Shown in pieces: positions 9,477 through 18,200 of a stretch of 64,000 nt of DNA; the stretch's first letter is position 1; each line of letters starts with the position of its first letter. The notes under the pieces were generated by a model. It made no database searches. It was not told where the DNA came from and saw only the letters and a list, made by a program, of their open reading frames with translations. The translations under genes were made by a program, and so were the position numbers. Source of the DNA: Clostridia bacterium (lineage in GTDB: Bacteria; Bacillota; Clostridia; UMGS1883); contig JAZUCF010000009.1 in NCBI GenBank assembly GCA_045638945.1, forward strand, positions 4,588-68,587, in the 5' to 3' direction.

Positions 9477-12400
9477 TTAATAAACTGTTCCTCCTGCGGG
9501 AACTACGGTTTTCACACCGTTAATCTTTATATAAACGTCGGCTGTGCCTCCGTTATATATTGAGTCATTGTTTATGACAAGTGCACGCAATGAATTTATG
9601 TATTCCACAAATTCAATATTGGTGGGTTGCCATACATTGCCTTTATCTATTTCCGCCTTCAGGGTAGTGGTAAATGGCTCAAAAATTGTATTTTTCCAGT
9701 TTCCTTCACTGTCAACGTAGTTGTACGCGTGTCCCCATACGGAAAGTACCTTCAGCGTACCATCATCTTCAAGGTTAAAGAAGGTATCTGCAAGCATGGT
9801 TTCTTCATCATAAAGATTTCCGTGATGGCAGGTGAAACCCCAATTCATGAAGTTTTCGGGGATATCAATGGAGCCGCCTGTAGAGCAACGGGCGTACTTA
9901 CCGCCAAGTCCCTTTATATATTCGGTAATTTCGCTAAAATACGTTTTAGGCTTACCACCGGGATATGCCATACCGGGAACAGAGCGGTTATATTTATATT
10001 CCAGAGTGTTTTTAGCACCGCTCACTCTTTCCTTGGCAGTTGTCAGGGTTTCCTCGGTCGAGTCAGCCGGAAGCAGATTGCCTTCGCCGTGGCTATTACA
10101 ATGGGATGCAATTTCGTGATTTCCCGAAATCAGTGCCTCGTCAAGAACCGCCTGTCGGGCTGCACTGAGGCTTGAGCCAACTCTGTCGGGAATTATATTC
10201 ACCGTTGTTCTTAGTCCCTTTTCGTTAAGCTTTGTCAAAAGGGTTATTGTTTCCTCGTCAGGCGCATCGTCATAGCTTAAGGTAACCGCTTTTCTGGAAT
10301 AATTCGGGTAAAATTCCTTATCCACAGTACCTATTGACGAGTTAAACAGGGGAACAAGGGTTTCAAGGCTTTCCACACCGAAGATTTTTATAATATCGGT
10401 GTCATTCTTCTGAGCAAAAGCAGGGATTCTTACCTGCACGCTCTGCCCCTTCGGCACGGAAATATCCTTTTTAATCGAGCTGTCCTTAAAAATTCCTCCG
10501 CTTGTGAAAAGTCCGCCGATAAGGGTGACGCTTTCATCCTTATCCGTAACATTTTCGAGAGTTACGGTGGTAGAGCCTACCAATGTAGTATCGGGAATTG
10601 TTTCTATTATGAGTTGCGGACGGGAAGACTCTGTCCCCACATATGCACCGTAAAGTCTGCAATAGTTTGACTCATTGGGAAGTCCCGGTACCGCCAGGGC
10701 AAAGTCCGCACTTACAGTATCTTCGGAAAGGGTTTTTATGTAATTGGTAACATCAATTTCAATTTTTGAGCCTTGTCCGGTAGATGTAGTAATCTGTGCC
10801 GTTCCGGCTATGTTACACGCCGAAATCTCGGCAAAGGTTTTTCCAAGAGAGCTGATACTTTCCCCAAAAGAAATATCGGTAAAGCCTGTATATGCATTCA
10901 TAGTCACATTTGAGGATAGTCCGTTTGTTCTTAAGGTTGTAACGAGCTTTGCACTCTTTATAGCTTCATTCTCTGAAAACGTCGGCAAGCGGAATCTCAG
11001 TACTGCTCCGTAGTTATTTGTTCCATTATTTCCAATCCATATCTGGCGTTTGGTGGAACCGTCAGCATCTTCGTTTAATTTAGCTACTGACAATGATCCC
11101 GTATCGCTCCATGAATAAGTCGCTTCATACTTTCGGTAAAGGTCTGCTTTGTTTTCATCTGTGTATGCGTTTCCGTCAGATGTTGTATAACGGGTATATG
11201 TATTCGACTGCACTTCACCGGAGTATTCTTCGGCGGATTTTATGATTACAGACGCCTTTGCAGTGTCAAAGGAAATACTGTCTGTGATTACATTTCCCGA
11301 AAGGTCTGTAAGACCACTTATAGAAAGCGTATAGGAGCTGCTATACTCCAAAGCCTTGTCAAAATAGACAAACACGCTCTTTCTTTCGGGGTGAAGAACC
11401 ACGGAAGATACCTCCGCTTCCGATCCATTCAGCATAAAGCAGTTCTCTGTTACAGAGGGCTGATAAAGCTCCTTGTTAAAATTCAGTGTGACAGAGTTTA
11501 TAGCCTTTACATTCTTTGCTCCCTTTTCGGGGAAGCTTGAAGAAATCTTCGGCAAAGTCTGTGCATCACTTGAAGAAGCTGTGGTGAATTTAAACGCCGC
11601 GCCTTCCTCCACGGCTATGCCGCCTGAGGATTTCACATTCCCGTTAAATGAAACTGTGTACTGGGTATTATGCAGAAGGTTGGAAGCGAGTCCTAACTTT
11701 ATTGTGGTTTTGTCCGCGGAATAGTTTACGCGGCTGATGGGAATATTCCCGGGGGTAATAGTGATATTTGCCGCGGTAAGTGTTTGGGTGTTCATTTCGC
11801 GGCTGAACTGAATCTCGGGAATATAACCGTTTACCGGAGCACCCGTTGCATCTGCGGTAAGAATTGTGGTAGGGGTTGTATTCTCCCCTGTTGTGATTAC
11901 AAGCACAGGGCGATTAGCCACAGTGCCGGCATATACTGAATCGGTTATCACATAGTTTGTAGCTGTGAGATTTGGCACTGCGAGGAAGAAATCTGCATTG
12001 CCGCTGCGGCTCTTTACATGCTCTGTGACGTCAATCTCAATTTTGTCCCCTGCTTTAGCCGTAGAGGGAACTGCAGTGCTTCCGACGCTATTCGCCGTAA
12101 TATCTGCAAAAGAGCCGAAGCCTGTTGCACTGAATTTACTTCCGAATTTTGTACTCGGCGAATATGCATATGCGTGAACCGTAAGTTCAGAGGTCATATT
12201 ATTCACGTCGCTGACCGTTGCCACAAGCTTTGCACTTTTTACTACCTCGTTTTCTGCAAGAGTTGGAAGCGGAAATCTTAAAAATGGTGCGTAGTCACTT
12301 TTACCATTGTTTCCTTTTCCAATCCAGTAAGTTAAAGGATGGGTTGTGCTTACAGAAGGAGAAGCAGACGTACTACCCCAGGCGTACTGAGACTCGTAAT

Positions 12401-12566
12401 AACGGTAGAGTCCACTTGTGGAAGTATCGGTGTATTCCGCTCCGGTCTTTGTAGCATGGTATGTATATGTTCCCCCGATGGCGGTTTCCTCCGCAAAGGC
12501 AGGAACAATGCCGATTATGGAAAAGCACATACATAGAGATAAAATTATTGAAATTAGCTTTTTCAT
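9477..12566 (-). CDS. secreted multidomain protein: DNRLRE-like module x2, SbsA-type Ig-like x2, C-terminal polysaccharide deacetylase (CE4/NodB)
   Basis: Signal peptide ends AFA-EE. Internal duplication of aa ~30-227 and ~445-657 (YRYYESQYAWGS/YRKYEATYSWSD; LRFPLPTLAENEVVKSAKLV/LRFRLPTFSENEAIKSAKLV; RPVLVITT/RPQLIIET). NodB motifs SYDDAP and HEIASHCNSH are present. Confidence 0.88.
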   Translation of the reverse strand: MKKLISIILSLCMCFSIIGIVPAFAEETAIGGTYTYHATKTGAEYTDTSTSGLYRYYESQYAWGSTSASPSVSTTHPLTYWIGKGNNGKSDYAPFLRFPLPTLAENEVVKSAKLVATVSDVNNMTSELTVHAYAYSPSTKFGSKFSATGFGSFADITANSVGSTAVPSTAKAGDKIEIDVTEHVKSRSGNADFFLAVPNLTATNYVITDSVYAGTVANRPVLVITTGENTTPTTILTADATGAPVNGYIPEIQFSREMNTQTLTAANITITPGNIPISRVNYSADKTTIKLGLASNLLHNTQYTVSFNGNVKSSGGIAVEEGAAFKFTTASSSDAQTLPKISSSFPEKGAKNVKAINSVTLNFNKELYQPSVTENCFMLNGSEAEVSSVVLHPERKSVFVYFDKALEYSSSYTLSISGLTDLSGNVITDSISFDTAKASVIIKSAEEYSGEVQSNTYTRYTTSDGNAYTDENKADLYRKYEATYSWSDTGSLSVAKLNEDADGSTKRQIWIGNNGTNNYGAVLRFRLPTFSENEAIKSAKLVTTLRTNGLSSNVTMNAYTGFTDISFGESISSLGKTFAEISACNIAGTAQITTSTGQGSKIEIDVTNYIKTLSEDTVSADFALAVPGLPNESNYCRLYGAYVGTESSRPQLIIETIPDTTLVGSTTVTLENVTDKDESVTLIGGLFTSGGIFKDSSIKKDISVPKGQSVQVRIPAFAQKNDTDIIKIFGVESLETLVPLFNSSIGTVDKEFYPNYSRKAVTLSYDDAPDEETITLLTKLNEKGLRTTVNIIPDRVGSSLSAARQAVLDEALISGNHEIASHCNSHGEGNLLPADSTEETLTTAKERVSGAKNTLEYKYNRSVPGMAYPGGKPKTYFSEITEYIKGLGGKYARCSTGGSIDIPENFMNWGFTCHHGNLYDEETMLADTFFNLEDDGTLKVLSVWGHAYNYVDSEGNWKNTIFEPFTTTLKAEIDKGNVWQPTNIEFVEYINSLRALVINNDSIYNGGTADVYIKINGVKTVVPAGGTVY

Positions 12567-12580
12567 TTTCTTTTTTCTCC

Positions 12581-15196
12581 TTAATTTACAATTTGAATCT
12601 TCTCTCCGGGCTTATAAGGCTTTCCTTCATATATCCAGCTCTCAAATTTCTTTCCCTGCGGAACGCTGTAGTTGTGAGGCGGAGCTATGATATACTTGCC
12701 GTTATTTACGTTTTTGCAGTCGTCGTCAACCCTGTCAAGAATTATCAAATCTGTTGTCAGCTCATCTATAATTATGGGAACGGCGGCGTAGTAATTGAAT
12801 TTATTATAGTCGTAGATAAGAACGCCTGCCATTGTGCCGATAAATACCTCGGTGGTATTTGGTACAAATTTGATTTCGTTGATTTGTCCGCTCCAAAGCC
12901 CGGGGACTGTGTGCCATGTCTTTCCGCCGTCGTAGGACTCGGAGAGCTTATTATCCTTGCCCCAATCTGTGAAATTCGGTCTGCTGCCCAAAAGTATATG
13001 ATTGGGATTTTGTGGGTTTTGTGCTATTTGTGAATATGCGTTGGGCATAAGCCTGTCATTGATAATTTCATACTTGCCTGTCTTAATATTATAGTGATAT
13101 ACACTTCTTTGTCTGACCATCCATACCCAATCGCCGTTATCCTCGCCGTTTTCACCATAGACATCAAACTCAGCACATACGAAATCCGGATCTGTTTCTA
13201 TTGTGCCTGTCCTTGTCCAGTTTTCTCCGCCGTCTTCACTGCGGTATAACACGCAGTTTGCCTGCTTCTTCCCTGTTATTCCCAGCATAAGCTTGGGATT
13301 TGTTTTTGATGCGGTGAGAATAAATATGGGGTTAGTTCCGTCTACAGTATTTCTTTTCCATGTGACACTATTCTCTGTGATTTTACCATTTATTTTAGTG
13401 ACAGTTCCCGTAAAGTAGGAGGTGTAAATTTTATCTCCGTCAAATCGGATAACGGTATTGTTTCCAATAGTGCCTTCGGCAACGGAAAGCGTTGCGGTTG
13501 TTTCCATATTTTTAAAGGTTACGCCGCCGTCAAAGGACTGACGGATTGCATAATGGCCATTGTTATTGTTATTCTGCCCTACTGTTGCAACAATGTGGTC
13601 ATCCTCTTCGGGGTTGAATTCCGCCATGGTGAAAAAGTCATCCACGCCCTCCTTAAAGGTGGGATAATTTGTGCTTCCGTCACTGTTTTTTGTATATGCA
13701 CTGTCTGCAATATGCGTTCCCACGTCGGTTGTTACAAAGAAGGGCTTGTTTTCACTGTCAAAGGTAATATCCGTGACACTTGCTCCCGAGAAGCCGCCGC
13801 TTATACGGTTGATGCTTCCGTCTGCTGTTTTTTCATAAATTCCGCATGCCGCAAAGACTACTCTTCCCGCATTGTTCATATCGGGAGCAAATGCCTGATA
13901 TAAAGTTCCTTTATAGGGTTTTCCGTCTGTAGTTCTTATTGTGCCTTCACCTAACTCGGTGTACACCTTGGCAAAGCTTGTTCCATAGTCATAGCTTACA
14001 CGCAAAGGATTCAGAGTACTGTTCGCACTGAAATACAAAGGATAAATATTGTTAGTGTTTTTCGGTCCGAAGCGAAGTCCGTAGAAATTACGGTAGGAAC
14101 CATCTTTTACTTTATACACGGAAACTGCCTCAAAGGCTCTACCGCCGTTCTCCGACAGATAGAGTGCACAATGTCCGGTATGGTCTTCATTAGTTACAAT
14201 CTCACCGCTTTCCTCCCCCGTTGTGTCCTCGGAGGTATCTTCGCCACCTGCATCACCTTCACCGCCTGCATCCACAGCGGTCTTTATTGCCGTGAAGTAG
14301 ATTTTTTGAGGATTTTCGGGATGGATTGCTATGGAATAAACATTGTAATCAAATTCATTATTCACAGTGGTTATGGTCTGCCTGTTCCATGTATCTCCGC
14401 CGTCGTGACTTATATACAGACCTGGAACAGCCTTGGAATATATACTTCTGCGTACAGCGGCATAGATATGCTCTCCGTCGGGCGATACATCTATATCCAT
14501 CCAGAGGGGATCTTTTTTACCAGCATTTTCGTTATCCACAACGGGGAGACCTGAAGTATCATAAAGGCATTCAAGGGTGTCATCACTGTGGTTTAAGCGA
14601 TAAATTCCGCTTGACGTTGCAAAATACGTATTGCCGTAACTATCCTGAGTGATGGTATTGCTGCGGTGTACGCTATTGGAAGCAACATCCTTTATAATAA
14701 GCTCCCAGCTTTTACCTCCGTTTGTGCTTCGGTAGAAGCCGTCACGCTCCATGGAGGCATAGACTGTGTTTTCGTTCTTCACATCGCACCAGAGTCCGCG
14801 TGCATTGTGACCTCTCATATTATTGGTGGTATTGTACCAGTGATCACCGCCGTCCTTGGTGGTGTAAATTCCCGAGTAGTTTGTGATGAAGTACATGATA
14901 TTGGAATTTTTCGGGGACATTTCAAACATTCGCACCATCTGGTATGCTTCACCGCCGGGGAGATTCTTCTCTTTGAGATTATCTGCTTCCTCCGCACTCA
15001 TCATATGGAAGTTACGAAGCCAGGGGGCGTAATGGGTGACAAAGGGATTGCCTTCGTCATTGTATGGTGTGAAATATGAATCCTCTTGCACTGCACGAAC
15101 ATCTTCGGGTGTGGGAAATTTCCCCTCGTCAGCTGCCATAGCAGGACAAGCTGCCATTATTGTGATAAGTAGTATACTTAGCAGTCGTTTTTTCAT
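12581..15196 (-). CDS. secreted Asp-box/BNR-repeat double beta-propeller protein (paralog of 3615-6236) with C-terminal Listeria-Bacteroides (Flg_new)-like repeat
   Basis: The ORF is open to 15202, but GGAAG plus a 6-nt spacer favours ATG 15196 (MKKRLLSILL). There are 8 Asp boxes at positions equivalent to the paralog. The N-terminal YAPWLRNFHMMS matches YCPWMRNFHLMS in the paralog. Confidence 0.85.
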   Translation of the reverse strand: MKKRLLSILLITIMAACPAMAADEGKFPTPEDVRAVQEDSYFTPYNDEGNPFVTHYAPWLRNFHMMSAEEADNLKEKNLPGGEAYQMVRMFEMSPKNSNIMYFITNYSGIYTTKDGGDHWYNTTNNMRGHNARGLWCDVKNENTVYASMERDGFYRSTNGGKSWELIIKDVASNSVHRSNTITQDSYGNTYFATSSGIYRLNHSDDTLECLYDTSGLPVVDNENAGKKDPLWMDIDVSPDGEHIYAAVRRSIYSKAVPGLYISHDGGDTWNRQTITTVNNEFDYNVYSIAIHPENPQKIYFTAIKTAVDAGGEGDAGGEDTSEDTTGEESGEIVTNEDHTGHCALYLSENGGRAFEAVSVYKVKDGSYRNFYGLRFGPKNTNNIYPLYFSANSTLNPLRVSYDYGTSFAKVYTELGEGTIRTTDGKPYKGTLYQAFAPDMNNAGRVVFAACGIYEKTADGSINRISGGFSGASVTDITFDSENKPFFVTTDVGTHIADSAYTKNSDGSTNYPTFKEGVDDFFTMAEFNPEEDDHIVATVGQNNNNNGHYAIRQSFDGGVTFKNMETTATLSVAEGTIGNNTVIRFDGDKIYTSYFTGTVTKINGKITENSVTWKRNTVDGTNPIFILTASKTNPKLMLGITGKKQANCVLYRSEDGGENWTRTGTIETDPDFVCAEFDVYGENGEDNGDWVWMVRQRSVYHYNIKTGKYEIINDRLMPNAYSQIAQNPQNPNHILLGSRPNFTDWGKDNKLSESYDGGKTWHTVPGLWSGQINEIKFVPNTTEVFIGTMAGVLIYDYNKFNYYAAVPIIIDELTTDLIILDRVDDDCKNVNNGKYIIAPPHNYSVPQGKKFESWIYEGKPYKPGEKIQIVN

Positions 15197-15216
15197 TATC
15201 ATCTTCCTTTTTGTTT

Positions 15217-15247
15217 GGTGACGGGGGAATTTTAAATCCCCGTCACC
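15217..15247. other. intergenic stem-loop between the giant gene and the propeller gene
   Basis: GGTGACGGGG(G)A-attttaaa-TCCCCGTCACC. No U-tract follows it on the coding (minus) sense, so it is not a canonical terminator. Confidence 0.4.
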
Positions 15248-15287
15248 TTTAGCACGAAATTAAATAGCAAATTCTCTGCGGTATTGA

Positions 15288-18200
15288 TTATTCTGCAGGG
15301 TACGGAACCAATGTTCCTCCTGCTGTATTTGTTCCTTCCTCGGTGAGACGAGTACCTCTGACGAATCCTACTAAGAGATTACATCCCTTACATGTTCCCC
15401 AGTCCTTAGCATGGGTAATAACAGACTCGCTACCGTTGGTACAATTCTTCAGCGTCAAAGTGGCTATTACTGTACCTACAACTCCGCCGATTTTCTGATT
15501 ATATGGTGCGAATATTGAACCATTGTTAGTACAATTCTCAACCAAGGTTCCATCCTTGGTAACCGCACCGACAATTCCGCCTATACCTCTGCTTCCTGTT
15601 TCGCTATTTCCGTCACCGCACAAATCGGTTCCTCCGCCGGTAAGGTCGATATCCACATCTGAAGTACAATCGACTATTGTTGCACTACGTGCAGTGCATA
15701 CTATAGAGCCTGCAAAACTTACATATTTTCCGTTCGCTACAGCAATCTTTCCGTCTGCTGTCAGGTTACTAAACGTACCGCTGGCCGTATATCCACAAAC
15801 AACACTTATAAATCCGTTGGTTGTATCAGCCTTCTCATCGTTTGCCACCACATAAGCACCCTTGAAGTTTGTATTTTTGACAGTGCCGCCGCTGCCAACT
15901 ATACCGAAGAAGCTTACATTTTCTCCTGAAGCACCTGAAAGGTAGAGACCATAGATTGTCTTTCCGTTACCATTGAAGGTACCTGTATATGCATTGCCTG
16001 AGCCCGATACGCCTATCTGATAGCCGTGCCAGTTGTTTGCACCTGCTACATTACCTGCTGTTTCATACCAACCCTCATCGAATGTGCCGTCATTATCAGC
16101 ATCAAACCAGTTGAGATAAATATCATCCGTAAGGATTGCATTAGCTGTTTTAGCTGCATTTTTACCAAACCATGCAAGCTGATTTCCGTTAGAAATCTGA
16201 TAGGGATTTGCCGCTGAGCCGTCACCGGTCGGCTTATCAGCATCTGTGGGTTCATTTCCGCTCCAGATTGAATACCATTGAGCGGTAAATACAACTGTAT
16301 CCCCTGCTCCTACGCTATGATCATTGGGGATATAGTCATATCCGGGGGGATATGGTTCACCATTGCTGTCTTTCCATCCATGTAGACCATGATTTTCCTT
16401 AACAGCTGTGGGAAGATCGTGTGATTCAGGGTTTCCGTCTATATCTTCAAGAGCCCATTTGTATGTGTGAATTTCTTCGACTCCGTCCATAAATACGAAG
16501 GTTGCTTTGGGAACTGTCTTCCACTCGGCTGTGAAGGTCTCCCCTGCAGGGCTTTCGGGAGTATATCCATTGCTTCCGGGGATATAGTCAGCTCCGGGGG
16601 CATATGGTGTACCATTGTTGTCTTTCCACCCTGTGAGGACTTTTTCACCGCTGTTATAACCTTTTCCATCAAGGTCTGCCTGTGTGGGAAGCTTATGCGT
16701 TTCAAATTCAGTACTTGCAGGTTTATAAATTGACCACCATTCATCACAAATCGAAGTACCGTCGGGATTTACAAATGAGAATTTGATTGAGGGATTATAA
16801 CCGCCCCAAGTTGCCCTAATCGTCACGCTTTCATTTACAGTATAGGATTCTCCCGGTTGTTTAATTTCTCCGTTAATATTCCAGCCTGCAAAGTCGTAAT
16901 TTGTACGTGTTGGTCCGGCAGGAAGTGAGCTGATTACGTAGCCTTTTTCTACACGATGCAATGCTGTATCAATTCCTGTGGCATCGGTTACGCCCTCACC
17001 TGCTGAATATGAGTACGTATACATTTCGGAAAGGTCAACGAGCCATATGTTCTTTATGAGTACATTATTTGTGTCACACATTACAATTCCCGTAGCCGTA
17101 AGCGGTGCATGACTGCTGAGACGGATATCGTTTTCCGTTGCAACAGTTACTTCAATTCCGGCACTGCTTCCCGTGAATTTATAAAAACCGTTTTGTGTGA
17201 TTTTGGATATAGAATTCCACATGTACTCTGTTGTGGAATCATCCAAATCAGCAGAGGAAGCATCAGGTTTTTGTGAAACACGCAGATATCCGTCCTCAAT
17301 ATGGGTTGTATATCCGCCGTGCACTCTGCCATCGCCCATGAAGCTTGTCGGTTTCATTCTGTCGCTGACTAAATCGACAAATGCTCTGTTTTTATAATCG
17401 TAAATCCTTTTAGCTGCGGAAAGCTTTCCGGAGGTATCTGCTCCAAAACGGAAAATATCTCCGCGGTTTAAGGCTGAAAGCGCTGAAAGATTATCCGCTG
17501 AAAGGTCATCACGTGCTGTTACGGATTTTCTTTCCAAACCGTCATAGTAATAAATTTTTGTAACCTCATAGCCATCTTCATCAAAGGCAATCACCGAGCG
17601 GTCAAAGAGCATCAGGCGGTTCTTTTCTCCTACAGTTTGTGACACCGTACCTTTTGCATATGCGATTGAAACATTAGGCGTGAGATTACCTACTGTATAA
17701 ATCTCGGTGGTTGTTCTGTCATGCCCGTCAGGCAGAACTCCGGTAAGAGTCTGATAATCTTCTATAGTAGTCGCTGAAGCAGCAGTATTCAAAACTGACA
17801 ACGTTGAAGCCGCGGTAAGGAAGTAGCGGTTGTAGAAGTTACCCTTTTCATACCTGTTATCTTTTGATTCCCCTTCACTTCTCAGGGGGAGGACGGTTCT
17901 CTTGTTAAGAGTGGTTTCACGCTTTTCCTTATTATCGGGATCGGTGTCCTGGGTGTCTTTATAATATGTGTCTACCTTGTTGATTTTTCCGTCCGCGTTA
18001 AGAGAGAAGATAATTCCCTGGGGTTCAAATGTCCCTTCTTTTTTGAAGCAATTCTCAATATCTTCTATTTTCTTCTTTATTTTTCCGTCAATTTCCACTT
18101 TATCGGCAAAATCATATACCACGTAGTCCTCAACATCTTTCACCATTATTGCCGCCTGGAGTTTTTTCCTTATGGCACTGCCGCTCTCGGCAACTGTTAT

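Noticed and set aside
15217-15247. Treating the hairpin between the giant gene and the propeller gene as a Rho-independent terminator.
   Set aside because: On the coding (minus) sense the stem is followed by AAACAAAAAGG rather than a U-tract. It may still be a processing or stability element, so I listed it only as a stem-loop.
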